Of a stretch of DNA of 64,000 bases, positions 28,935-39,006 are shown piece by piece. Under the pieces are notes generated by a model, which had not been told where the DNA came from, did not search any database, and saw only the letters and a list, made by a program, of their open reading frames with translations. A program made the position numbers and the translations under genes. The stretch is taken from sequence record NC_135728.1; one strand, written 5' to 3'. The stretch is from a phage. Position 1 is the stretch's first letter. Every line of letters begins with the position of its first letter.

Positions 28935-31900
28935 TTAGTCGTGAGACTCGTTCCAAGGTCCTTGGAAACTAGAGTTAGAACGGCTTACCACAACAGTAGG
29001 ACAGGATATTGCGACCCCTGTTACAGAAGACGTTGACCATGGTGTGTAGATTTCAACAACAATATCTATGGTTTGTTCACCAAGACCTGTTATCCCTACC
29101 GCACACATGCCGTTGTTGTCGTTTCCGTACTTCTTACCTGCAAGGATTTGATGTCCGGCTATCCAAACGTTGAGCTGGGAGCTGGCAAGAGTACCATTCA
29201 GTTTAAAGAAGAATGTTACGTTCTTACCCTGACCTGAAACGTTATCTACATATCTCCACCTCCAACGGCAAACCCTTTGCTGGGAGTTATATACTGGAGC
29301 ACAATCCCCGTAAGTCCTGTGTGCAACTATTGCACCTTCGAACTGGTTAGCACGGATAACAGAAGCTTCTACACGACCACGGAATGTACCTCCGGTTGCA
29401 TCTATGGTGCCTCTAAAGCTACCATTATTGGCATAAACATCCCCACGGAAGGTACCACTAGTGGCGTTAACTGCCCCTGTGAAGTTACCAGAACTGGCGT
29501 TGATGTTGCCTTTCACCCACACATCCATAAATTGGGCGTGCCCGTTCTTGTTAATATACCAACCGTATTGATGGTACCCGTTACCATCGTAGTTGTTTGA
29601 CGAAATTTCTTGTGCGATCTTGGCAGAGGAGATCGTGCCATTCTCTATAAAAGCGTCTTTCAAGAACGCTTGGTTGTTCTTGATTGCGAAAGCAAGGGTT
29701 GCTGTTCCATTTCCAGGGTTGTATACCGCAAAATTGTTTGCACTAACCATGAAGTAGGATTGAACTTGTCCTCCAGACCCCTCCATGCCCAGCTGGATAC
29801 CTGCAACATATTTATTACCATGGCTGTCAACCTGAATCTTAGCTCCCCACTGAGCATCTATTTTACCCTCAAGTGTTGTTACAGCTTTAGAGGTATTAGA
29901 TACTGTAGCCCTGAGCTCATCAATATTACCCATTTCGTCAACAATTTCTTGTTTTGCAGAGGTAAGTTCTTGACGGATCGCTGTGGCTGTATTATTAACA
30001 AGATCAACTGTTGTACTATTAGTTTCTTGAATAGATGCTTGCAGATTGGCAACCTCTTTCTGCACATCATCTTCCAGCTTGGTGATCTTCCCTGTAGCTG
30101 CCACCAGATCCTGCTTAATAGCTTCCGTTGTCTTATTTAGCAGATCGGTTGTTGCCTTGTTGGTTTCTTGAATAGAGGAGTTAAGTTTGCTCTCAGTGTT
30201 CTTCAACTCTTCCCGCAGAGTACCTTGAGTTGCAGTTATTTGCTCACTCAATGCTTGAGTTTTACGATTAACAAGATCAACGGTTGATCTATTTGTTGTC
30301 TCGATTAGTGACCCAAGCCTACCAGACTCTGCTGCAAGTTTATCGTCAAAGGATTGCTGAGCTGCTACCAGCTTACTGTTAAGGGCAGAAATTTCTCCAT
30401 TAACCCCTGTAAATTTTTCTGTCGTCTCTCTGACAACACCCTCTATTGTATCCCCAAGCTCTTCAAAAATGCTAGTAACACGGTCATTGACTGCACCAAC
30501 ATTTTTATCCATTTCCTTGACTGCATTATCAAGATTGGCGGTAAGCTCTTTATAAGTCTCTGTCTTTTTGAACTCAGCATCAATCTGTGGCATAAGATCT
30601 TCTATGGATGTGTAACAGTGGGCTGCACACTCCATAAAAGCAGATGAACCAAAAGCATTTGTTGTCCTGATATACCAGTAATAAATCTTATCGTTCTGCA
30701 GACCTTCAGATGTCCAAGTTGAACCAACACCCATACGAGTGGCTTTTGAAGTAACTGTTACATCACTGGTATCTGGCAATCTTGTCATCCCAGATGTCCA
30801 AAAGTCGTACTGGGTGCTTACACTAGCCAAGTCTCTGCTGTGCGGGATCAGGGTAATAGCAAAGTATCCCTGCTTAACCTCTACAGAAACAGGAGCTTCA
30901 GGTGCCTGAATGTTGAACTCGCAGTACGCTTCTGGAGATACACCACCTTTATAAGATGTTGCAACCACGGTTGCTGTGTATGATCCTTTGGTCAAGCCTT
31001 CTACTCGGACAAACTGCTCAACTGTCTGTGCTGTCCAAACAATCTCTCCGTTCTTTCTTACCTGCACAATATTTTGAGCGTAAGTTCCAACGTTGTCCCA
31101 AGCCAAAACACCGTGAGTTACTTCCCCGGCTTGGAGAACGGAATATCTGAAGTTTTGCGGTTGAGCTACACCAGATGGAGATATCGGAATATCTACATCA
31201 CCAGAATCCGGAAGTTGCCCTGTGGCATCATTCCACTCTTTAGCATCTTGACGAAGTTTTACCTTGACACCGCCCTTTTTGGTGAACTCCCATTCAAGAA
31301 CCCTCATTTCTTGGCCTACTATACCAATACTTGGAAGGTCCATTGTAACGTAACGGCCAGGTTTAAATTTAAAACCTCGCATATTGCAGGTGACTTCAAT
31401 AATCCTGCCAGCTCTAGCACGTCTTAAGAAGATTGCAGAAACACGCTGAGCTTGATAAGGACTGGTAACAAAGCGATAGTCTATATCAATTATCTTTCTT
31501 TCTCCATCCTTCTCTATCCACTCTGGGACAAACACTGATGGAAAATCTGTTTCAGAATACCCTTTGGTCGGACTAGTGAATCTGCCAGTTATTGTGTTGG
31601 ATCTCTTGTCAAAGGAGGCTTCCGGATAGATCTTGACCTCACCACAGACACAATCCTCACTCAGTGTCATTGTTGCTGGGCCATAGTATGCACCAACCAG
31701 CAAACCATACTTACCAGCAACATAACTAAGGTCTGCACCGCAAGCTTTCAGCATTTCTGCCATAATACTTGCTGGGGCCTCATCCATGTCAAACTCACCG
31801 TTAATGGTGTAACGTCGCTCACTGGTTCCGTCAGCGTTTTTTACCGCCTCGTCGCATATATTGGCAGCCTCCCTAAAGGACTCCCAGTTGATGGTTTCGT

Positions 31901-32534
31901 CAGGACATTTAAGGTACGTTCTTAAATAGTCCAGGATCACCAAGGCTGCGTTATTGGTGTACACCTCTTTACTGATGCGAGGATCATAGCATTTTTTACC
32001 AACCTTGACGAGTGTAACGTTTGGCAACCCAAAAGGAAACTTGTTAGGGTCAAACTTGAAACTGGCACGTAGCCAACTGATCCCTCTACCTATCATGTCG
32101 GGTGACCATGATGGGCAGTGTGTACCCATGAAAGGATCAGATGTTTTTCTGTCGTTATGTAGCTCCCACGATACCAGATCTCCATACGAGGAAATAGGAT
32201 TACCGTCGATGAGTATGTCTTCTATACCTTCCAGAGGATGATTAGCAAGAACAATGGCACAATGGAGGGTTCTGTCTCTGTCCTGCTCCAAAAACGCAAG
32301 CAGCCCAGACGTGCGTGTCTTCCCATACACTACAGAGCAGGGTGCAGCAGAAGATCTGAGAAGCTTTTGTCTATCTTGCTGACTTCTGTAAGATTTGTTG
32401 CCCTCAAAAATCTTATCCAGAGTTCTGGTGGTAACAGTGTTCAGGCTGTCAGCCAGAGCTGCCTTGGATGCGTTCCAGTCATAACTTGAAGATCTTGCAG
32501 AAGCAACGATGTTATCAATCATTGCAATTGGCAT
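28935..32534 (-). CDS. central tail fibre/host-specificity protein, lambda J-like (1199 aa)
   Basis: Architecture and local sequence reminiscent of lambda gpJ (e.g. KIYYWYIRTTNAFGSSAFME versus lambda DYYFYIRSVNTVGKSAFVE, recalled from memory); coiled-coil repeats; C-terminal receptor region. Confidence 0.65.
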   Translation of the reverse strand: MPIAMIDNIVASARSSSYDWNASKAALADSLNTVTTRTLDKIFEGNKSYRSQQDRQKLLRSSAAPCSVVYGKTRTSGLLAFLEQDRDRTLHCAIVLANHPLEGIEDILIDGNPISSYGDLVSWELHNDRKTSDPFMGTHCPSWSPDMIGRGISWLRASFKFDPNKFPFGLPNVTLVKVGKKCYDPRISKEVYTNNAALVILDYLRTYLKCPDETINWESFREAANICDEAVKNADGTSERRYTINGEFDMDEAPASIMAEMLKACGADLSYVAGKYGLLVGAYYGPATMTLSEDCVCGEVKIYPEASFDKRSNTITGRFTSPTKGYSETDFPSVFVPEWIEKDGERKIIDIDYRFVTSPYQAQRVSAIFLRRARAGRIIEVTCNMRGFKFKPGRYVTMDLPSIGIVGQEMRVLEWEFTKKGGVKVKLRQDAKEWNDATGQLPDSGDVDIPISPSGVAQPQNFRYSVLQAGEVTHGVLAWDNVGTYAQNIVQVRKNGEIVWTAQTVEQFVRVEGLTKGSYTATVVATSYKGGVSPEAYCEFNIQAPEAPVSVEVKQGYFAITLIPHSRDLASVSTQYDFWTSGMTRLPDTSDVTVTSKATRMGVGSTWTSEGLQNDKIYYWYIRTTNAFGSSAFMECAAHCYTSIEDLMPQIDAEFKKTETYKELTANLDNAVKEMDKNVGAVNDRVTSIFEELGDTIEGVVRETTEKFTGVNGEISALNSKLVAAQQSFDDKLAAESGRLGSLIETTNRSTVDLVNRKTQALSEQITATQGTLREELKNTESKLNSSIQETNKATTDLLNKTTEAIKQDLVAATGKITKLEDDVQKEVANLQASIQETNSTTVDLVNNTATAIRQELTSAKQEIVDEMGNIDELRATVSNTSKAVTTLEGKIDAQWGAKIQVDSHGNKYVAGIQLGMEGSGGQVQSYFMVSANNFAVYNPGNGTATLAFAIKNNQAFLKDAFIENGTISSAKIAQEISSNNYDGNGYHQYGWYINKNGHAQFMDVWVKGNINASSGNFTGAVNATSGTFRGDVYANNGSFRGTIDATGGTFRGRVEASVIRANQFEGAIVAHRTYGDCAPVYNSQQRVCRWRWRYVDNVSGQGKNVTFFFKLNGTLASSQLNVWIAGHQILAGKKYGNDNNGMCAVGITGLGEQTIDIVVEIYTPWSTSSVTGVAISCPTVVVSRSNSSFQGPWNESHD

Positions 32535-32971
32535 TAATACCTCCAGACATCAACAACGATAGAATCTTTCATGTCGAACATAAAGACCCCTTTATCACCT
32601 TTCGCCCAAATCTGGTTGTTCCAGAACACACCAGCGGTGAGCCCGTTCAGACCTTCGAAAATGACAATATCTCCACGCTGAACCTGTTTAGGAGTATCCA
32701 GCCGAGTCATAAAGAGATCAAAAATAGTAGGCAGGTGTGTGGTTTTGAAACGGAGCATGCACCATCTTTTGCTTTCCAACTCTGTTTTATACGTTCCTTC
32801 GAAGTTAGAAAGAAAATCTGTTCCGTACTGGGCATCAACACACTTAGCTGCAAAGGTGCAACAATCGTGGAATCCCCATTCAAAAGGTATGGTGGCCTCT
32901 TCGTCAAACACTTTCCACAATCTTTCTTGCCAATCCACTAAACGAGGGTGTGTGCTCATTAAACCTCCCAA
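32534..32971 (-). CDS. tail-associated protein, possible NlpC/P60-like peptidase (145 aa)
   Basis: HDCCTF Cys-containing motif; position immediately upstream of the J-like gene as for lambda gpK. Confidence 0.4.
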   Translation of the reverse strand: MGGLMSTHPRLVDWQERLWKVFDEEATIPFEWGFHDCCTFAAKCVDAQYGTDFLSNFEGTYKTELESKRWCMLRFKTTHLPTIFDLFMTRLDTPKQVQRGDIVIFEGLNGLTAGVFWNNQIWAKGDKGVFMFDMKDSIVVDVWRY

Positions 32972-33525
32972 ATGATCGGGCGGCTCGCCACCTGATCCAC
33001 ATATTTAAAAAATCTGTCATTATCGTTTCTTGAGCTGTGGCTTTCCTCCGTGTACCTATAAGGAAAACCTCTTAACCAACTGTTGAAGATGGAAGAGATG
33101 GATATGGACAAAGCACTATTCTCACCTGTCTGAATAGCCATATCTGTTATAAGGCCGTCAAACAAGCCATTAGTTGTAACAGGCAGACCATTCTCCATAG
33201 CGGTAATGTACAACGTGGCACGACAACCAGAATACTCCGTCTTCAGCAGATCACCAACATACTTAGGATCAAACCCGTTCAATGTTGCTACCACAGATCC
33301 GAAGTTGGTGGCATCTTTCTCAGACACAGCAGTTAATGTTGCTGATCCACCTATCCCTATAAAATGTTGCCCCTCAATTACTACAACACCAGTGCCTGAG
33401 CACACCCTGACAGTTCCTGTCGGTAGCTCCAGCTTTGCAGCAATTAAGATCTCAACACCATCAAGCTCCAGCTTTTCAAGAAATAAATTATCTAATGGCG
33501 CTCTGATCATCTTAGAAATCCTCAA
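32959..33525 (-). CDS. minor tail protein (188 aa)
   Basis: Overlapping start/stop with neighbours; positional call. Confidence 0.4.
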   Translation of the reverse strand: MRISKMIRAPLDNLFLEKLELDGVEILIAAKLELPTGTVRVCSGTGVVVIEGQHFIGIGGSATLTAVSEKDATNFGSVVATLNGFDPKYVGDLLKTEYSGCRATLYITAMENGLPVTTNGLFDGLITDMAIQTGENSALSISISSIFNSWLRGFPYRYTEESHSSRNDNDRFFKYVDQVASRPIIWEV

Positions 33526-34102
33526 AGAAGTTGATAACTATATTATCACCTTTTTGCATAGCATCGACTTTTTGCTTAATTTTATAAATATCTCTGATAT
33601 GAAACCTACCCTTTGGGGATTGAGTTATTATCTTCATAGTATCCCCTGCGGCAATAGGTTTCCTAAGTCTTGGAGATATGCTTATAACAGCAGCCCCAAC
33701 ACCATCGCTGCGTACTGGAGCTGTTACTACTTTCAACTCATCGTTCACAGATATTTTATCACCAGCTCTGGCTATGTCTCTGTTTGGCTCCCACCCGACC
33801 GTCTTCAAAAAATCGTCGTTACCAGTAGGCCCAAGAGCGATTGGCTCATTAGCTGTTACCGAGTGACCGTAAGTTTTAATGAGAAATATGTTCCCATCTT
33901 TATATACCTGATCAACAAAGCTCTTAAGCTCTAACAACTGTGACTCGCTGATATTGGAAACCGTCAAAGTGCCTTTCCAGTTAGGTGTGGCATAGGTTAC
34001 TTTTTGCGTTTTACCTGTAAACGGACTTTTAAACGTAACAATATCTGCTAGCAGCTCCAATCTAATATCTGGAAGGTATCTAGGCCTTTCCCATAAAAAC
34101 AT
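33512..34102 (-). CDS. minor tail protein (196 aa)
   Basis: Positional call. Confidence 0.4.
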   Translation of the reverse strand: MFLWERPRYLPDIRLELLADIVTFKSPFTGKTQKVTYATPNWKGTLTVSNISESQLLELKSFVDQVYKDGNIFLIKTYGHSVTANEPIALGPTGNDDFLKTVGWEPNRDIARAGDKISVNDELKVVTAPVRSDGVGAAVISISPRLRKPIAAGDTMKIITQSPKGRFHIRDIYKIKQKVDAMQKGDNIVINFFEDF

Positions 34103-34133
34103 TGTGCCTCCAGGTTAAACAATCATGATAGTT

Positions 34134-34162
34134 ATTTTACCAGATTTTAAGTTAATACGCAA
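34134..34162 (-). promoter_or_regulatory. sigma70-like promoter with extended -10 (TTGCGT-N14-TGGTAAAATA)
   Basis: Shares the TGGTAAAATA motif; sits between a terminator and the gene start at 34102. Confidence 0.45.
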
Positions 34163-34165
34163 TAT

Positions 34166-34194
34166 AAACAAAAAGCCCCCGCCGAAGCGAGGGC
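34166..34194 (-). terminator. intrinsic terminator, GCCCUCGC-UUCG-GCGGGGGC hairpin plus U-run
   Basis: Third copy of the UUCG-tetraloop terminator motif. Confidence 0.55.
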
Positions 34195-34199
34195 AATAC

Positions 34200-34532
34200 T
34201 TAAAATACTTCCAAGGTAGACGCTGGAGGGTCGAACATGTTCAATTTCATCGACTCTACAACTTTTCCGCTTTTTGAGATAATGTTTTCTGCACCTTCGT
34301 CCAGAGTTAAAACATTAACATAAAACAATTCGCTTTTCTCACAAACAGGATAGACAACCATGTTGCCAAACTCATCTTCTGCCTCATAGGTATCTCCCGT
34401 CTCTGTGTAAACAAAGCCAGCAACCTCTACAAGAAGTGTGTTTTGCAACACCTCATTTTCGTAAAAGCCGATTTCATCCATGAAACCGTTGAAGTCCTCC
34501 CTGTCAGTGAACCCGAGGGTAAAGGTATTCAT
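34200..34532 (-). CDS. hypothetical protein (110 aa)
   Basis: ATGA-coupled to the 1479-aa gene. Confidence 0.45.
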   Translation of the reverse strand: MNTFTLGFTDREDFNGFMDEIGFYENEVLQNTLLVEVAGFVYTETGDTYEAEDEFGNMVVYPVCEKSELFYVNVLTLDEGAENIISKSGKVVESMKLNMFDPPASTLEVF

Positions 34533-37500
34533 TATTCAACACTCTCCATCATAAGTTGGGTATCTGTCAGCGCAGAGTTCCAAACTCTTATGTCCTTAAT
34601 ATGACCAAACAAATGTCTTTCTCCTGTTGCCGTTTGACCACCGATACGGATGAAAGCTCCTCCTGCCAGGAACTCCCAAGAAGACTGTGTTTCAGTGCTC
34701 ACCAGTCCGTTAGCAAAAGAGCAAGTTTTACCGTCTTCTTTTATCCTGAACCCCATCTTCAGTTTACGCGCTTTAGCCATCTCGTAGACACGTCTGTTTG
34801 ACCCTCCAATATCGCAGTATGGATACCCATCCTCTGCAATATTTGTTGCAGAACCAAACCCGAGAATAAAAGCTGCGCTCGTCTGGTGTCCTTCTGTGTC
34901 TATAACCCTAGGGGCTGCGTTAGGAGCTTTGCCCCAACCTCTCCAGTTAGCATCCACAGTAGCGGCGATAGTGAACGGTCTAGGTGCTAAGTTATCCGTC
35001 ATCGGGAATTTGCAAAGGTCTGCCGCTCTAGTTACAGGTGAAGATCCTGTGGGAATAAACGAGGACTCGCAAGAACCTAACTCAAATTGAGGTATTGCAA
35101 CATCAACCCAATCCCCTACAACATGCTGAGCACCTTCAGGTGGAGAAATCTGGAACTGGCACCCGATATTCTTGTCAGAGGCCACTGCCTCAAACGTAGC
35201 GGCAATCCTTACCCAAGCAGGTCCGGCTGTTTGCCATCTCTCAGCTTTTACTTTAATTCTCCCAGCTGCACCACCTGTTGTTTTAACTTCAAGTGTTGAC
35301 AGGTTAACATAAGCGTCACCTTGGAATACTGTGGTGGATCCGTCATACATGTCGAATCTTACACGTAATCTCTGGTTCGCTTTACCTCCCCTTGCAATAA
35401 TAGACCCAGTACAGAATTTCTCAGCACCTGTCACATCGGCACCTCTGGTGGCTGGAACTGTAGCAAGGTTTAACGCTGTTGTTTCCACACCGGATGCAGT
35501 GTTTACTGTAAATCTTGCACCTTTTGTGCCGTTGGTGTTTGTTACAGTACCACCAACAGTAATCTGTTGACTGGCTCCCCATTTACTAGGGTCTTCACTG
35601 TTAAGCATTAGGTTTGTCCTTTGCCCTTCAATAAGCAGACCATCTCTTTCAAACCGAGGATGATCGTTCTGAGCAGTAACCATCACACCGCGTTTAGAAA
35701 AGTATGTTGCTGTAGAAGGTCTGGAGAATACCATCTCTCCCTCACCAAGTGCAGGTTTTAAGTTGGAGGTCAAAGGTAACCAAAGATCAGGCATAACTGG
35801 GGCGGTTGTGCTTTCCGGGAAGCTTGTTCTCTTCCAAGGACTCCAAGCCATTCCACTACCAGTGTTATTATAATACCTTTCCCATGTTCCACCAAGGTAC
35901 ATCTTGTAGATCTGAATACAGCCCGTGCCCTCGTTAGCAGAGTTTCTAAGCACAATCAGCGTACCAGCCATCTGCTGTCCAGGCGGGTAATGTCTTTCAG
36001 CTGTAGCGTTAGCATTCGCCTCTTGATGGTAGATACCTTCACGATCTGCTTTATAATCGTTAAGGTCGCTATTCCCCAGTCCTTGACCACGGTGCTGAAT
36101 AACCTTGTTCCACGCTCTGTGATTTCCCTGCTCTATGGAACGGGTATATAGCTGATCTAATCGACCTGCTATCTGGAAAGCATAGTTCCCAGAGAATGCC
36201 ACAGACAACCCGCCAACAACCATCGAACCTTCAGGCCCGTTAACATTACCAGCCATTATTTTAGAAGGGTTGTTATTCCCGAACTGGTTGTTCCAGTCTG
36301 CACCTGTGTGGCATACAAAACCACCAGGAGCTGAGAAAGTGCCATCTTTGTTGAAGTTGTAGAATCTATGGGATGAACCAACAACATCTCTAACAATGAC
36401 CTGACCAGCCTCTGGGGTAGACCTGAACTCTGCCTGACCTTTGAGACCAGCACCATTACCGCATTTAGAGGTAAATGTACCGTTAGTTAAGTCCTCTGTC
36501 CCATCTGATGCACACTGGAATCCTGCATTAGAGAATAAAGCCTTTCTAGGGCTGCCGTAGCACAAATAGTCAAGACCGTCTGCCCATAGCTCGACTTTTG
36601 GCATATTCATTTTGCTCATCACAGCATAGCGTTCAGCAGTGCCTATATAGTGCCACTGTGTACCGCCGCCAGTGTAGAATCCAGAGGTACCTTTGAAGTC
36701 AACAATAGGTCTGGTGTTGGTATTGTTATCTCCAAGAACAGCAAGATTCAAATCTGCCGACTGGAGAGGTGCAACAAACTTAACCCCGTCCTGATTGTTT
36801 GTTACAGAACCAACCTGGTAGTCTTGTTCTTTGGTAAACACCTCTAAAACATTTCTACTTGCGTATATGCTGACAGGGAAAGCACGCGCCTCTGCATAGA
36901 AAGCAACATATTCTTGTTTACCCCTTGTTGGAGCAACCATCCCAAGAATTGCTTTTTCATTCTGGTAGAAATTTACTACTCCGTAGAAAGAGTCCCCTCT
37001 ATCTGTCCACCCACCAGTTCTATAATGACACTGTAAGGTAGCACAGTTCATGGGGTCACCACCAGATGACGACCTAGTAACTATGGTAATATCGGTGCCA
37101 GTAGCTGGAGCATAATACGGATCTGTTCTAACTATAATTGGGTAGTATTTCCCATCTTCCATCCCTGCGGTTCTTGGCAGCGTTAAGAAATCTTTTACGC
37201 CTGCAGCTATAGGAACTCTAAACAGATTCTGAGCCTCTGCCAAAGTTGTAGCCCCAGTACCACCTGCGGCTTGCGGTAAAGGTTCCCACTTGGCCTTCCG
37301 GTTGTTATAAACACCCCATTCCAGAGTGCCGTTACCGGATTCATCCATCCCGCCATCCCAGATGACCATCTTGGCGGCTTTCTTGGATCCCCAGAAGCCT
37401 CTTTCTGCTCCTGAACTACGGATCCACTCTCCGAGTCCCCAGTTTGTCAGCTGACCAGTAAGATCCCCAACCTGCATGTATTTAGGGCAGTCTAGCACGC

Positions 37501-38971
37501 CGTCTTCTCGGAAACCTAAATATCTATGGGTTTCAGATCCTTTTGCACCTTTGTGCAGGTGGATTGTCAACCAAGCCTTATTGTCGTTTCTTACCTCAGA
37601 ATAGATCCTATAACCATGCTCAAGAACACCATCAGTATTATATTTATCTCCATGGAGAATACCTGAGGCAGATTTAACATCTCCAGAGTATTGAGCTAAG
37701 TAAAGGTGCCCGAAGGCTGGTGAGTTGTTTTTACCAAGGCCGATATGAGATCTGAAGGTATCATCGTTACGAGGTCTGACCATCGGCTGCCATGCAGTCC
37801 ACTGATTTGTGTTGGCCTGATAGGTTCTCAAATACCAAACATCTACGTTAGAGAATGGATAGTATTCCTGACGACAACCTGCACCGCCGTTAGCATTGTT
37901 CTGCCAAACAATCAGGTGACCAGCACCAGAACCTGCTGGGTAACCATTTGCCTCGGTGGCATTGGCAGTCATGGGCTGGTAGTATACACCATCCTGATTG
38001 CCAGTCAAATTGTTAATATTGAAATTTGCCTCAAGGGCTGCACGTTGTTTATAAAAAGTTCCTAAATTAATACGTGCACCTGCGGCATCTCTGGCACCTG
38101 TACCACCTTGCTCTATAGCAAGAGGTTGCCATGAAGATGTCTGTTGGTTCCACATGCCCCAACGACCTGTTGCATCAAGCTGCAAGTACCCGGCTGTGTT
38201 TACATCATCACCAGCACGAATAACGGTTCTTGTTGGGTTGTTTGCCTCTAGGCGTTTAAATTCATCACGAAGTGCTATTCTTTTTGTTGTTGCTACACCG
38301 TTGGTTACTGCAATGGTGTACATAGCTCCGGAGGTAGCGCCACGGAAAATACCATCAACAGTTGTAGTATCACGACGAGATACCACACCGTTCAGGAATT
38401 TTTCACCAGCTGCTACGGAAGGGTAGTTAGTAGTTCTTCCCTCTTCAATAACTGCAGGGCCAACAAAATTGACAAGGTGAATAACATCGCCTACAGTGTG
38501 CACGGTACCAAAATCTACCCGCTGTGCAAGTGCTTTAGCATCGTTGGCGGTCTTAACTGTAACATCCATTACATCCTGGACAGACTGACCTTCAGCTGTC
38601 ATAATCATGGATGCGCCAATAGTTGATTCCAGCTCCTCTCTTAATGATGGATCTGTATATACCATCCATGCAGCATCAGTAATCCCACCATCGGAGTACG
38701 GTGAAGATAGTGCAGGAACGGTGTGCGGAAATTCGCCTTTCCAACGCAGGTAGAGGTCTTCCTCTTCGAAGTAGGCAAAATCCATTGGGCCGTTTAACTT
38801 ACCACCTTCCTTAAAGGAGATTACATGAGAAACAGTCCCATCCACATGGACAACATCGCCAATTTTTACACGACGAGTCAGGTCTGGTTGTTGAACAACC
38901 AGGTAATCATCCTCTGTCACTGCGGTAGTGGCAGGAAGAGATTCAATTCTGACAACTTTAATATCAGCCAT
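34532..38971 (-). CDS. large tail fibre/tailspike protein (1479 aa) with conserved N-terminal anchor
   Basis: N-terminal ~80 aa shared with 41606-42274 (DDYLVVQQPDLTRRVKIGDVV ... EGGKL ... DFAY); long Gly/Asn/Thr-rich body. Confidence 0.6.
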   Translation of the reverse strand: MADIKVVRIESLPATTAVTEDDYLVVQQPDLTRRVKIGDVVHVDGTVSHVISFKEGGKLNGPMDFAYFEEEDLYLRWKGEFPHTVPALSSPYSDGGITDAAWMVYTDPSLREELESTIGASMIMTAEGQSVQDVMDVTVKTANDAKALAQRVDFGTVHTVGDVIHLVNFVGPAVIEEGRTTNYPSVAAGEKFLNGVVSRRDTTTVDGIFRGATSGAMYTIAVTNGVATTKRIALRDEFKRLEANNPTRTVIRAGDDVNTAGYLQLDATGRWGMWNQQTSSWQPLAIEQGGTGARDAAGARINLGTFYKQRAALEANFNINNLTGNQDGVYYQPMTANATEANGYPAGSGAGHLIVWQNNANGGAGCRQEYYPFSNVDVWYLRTYQANTNQWTAWQPMVRPRNDDTFRSHIGLGKNNSPAFGHLYLAQYSGDVKSASGILHGDKYNTDGVLEHGYRIYSEVRNDNKAWLTIHLHKGAKGSETHRYLGFREDGVLDCPKYMQVGDLTGQLTNWGLGEWIRSSGAERGFWGSKKAAKMVIWDGGMDESGNGTLEWGVYNNRKAKWEPLPQAAGGTGATTLAEAQNLFRVPIAAGVKDFLTLPRTAGMEDGKYYPIIVRTDPYYAPATGTDITIVTRSSSGGDPMNCATLQCHYRTGGWTDRGDSFYGVVNFYQNEKAILGMVAPTRGKQEYVAFYAEARAFPVSIYASRNVLEVFTKEQDYQVGSVTNNQDGVKFVAPLQSADLNLAVLGDNNTNTRPIVDFKGTSGFYTGGGTQWHYIGTAERYAVMSKMNMPKVELWADGLDYLCYGSPRKALFSNAGFQCASDGTEDLTNGTFTSKCGNGAGLKGQAEFRSTPEAGQVIVRDVVGSSHRFYNFNKDGTFSAPGGFVCHTGADWNNQFGNNNPSKIMAGNVNGPEGSMVVGGLSVAFSGNYAFQIAGRLDQLYTRSIEQGNHRAWNKVIQHRGQGLGNSDLNDYKADREGIYHQEANANATAERHYPPGQQMAGTLIVLRNSANEGTGCIQIYKMYLGGTWERYYNNTGSGMAWSPWKRTSFPESTTAPVMPDLWLPLTSNLKPALGEGEMVFSRPSTATYFSKRGVMVTAQNDHPRFERDGLLIEGQRTNLMLNSEDPSKWGASQQITVGGTVTNTNGTKGARFTVNTASGVETTALNLATVPATRGADVTGAEKFCTGSIIARGGKANQRLRVRFDMYDGSTTVFQGDAYVNLSTLEVKTTGGAAGRIKVKAERWQTAGPAWVRIAATFEAVASDKNIGCQFQISPPEGAQHVVGDWVDVAIPQFELGSCESSFIPTGSSPVTRAADLCKFPMTDNLAPRPFTIAATVDANWRGWGKAPNAAPRVIDTEGHQTSAAFILGFGSATNIAEDGYPYCDIGGSNRRVYEMAKARKLKMGFRIKEDGKTCSFANGLVSTETQSSWEFLAGGAFIRIGGQTATGERHLFGHIKDIRVWNSALTDTQLMMESVE

Positions 38972-39006
38972 TCTTTCTCCTGAAAGGGGGCAAACAGCCC
39001 CCTATG

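Noticed and set aside
29277-30140. Plus-strand ORFs within the J-like gene
   Set aside because: Antisense to the 1199-aa ORF, Cys/Val-rich composition, no start context.
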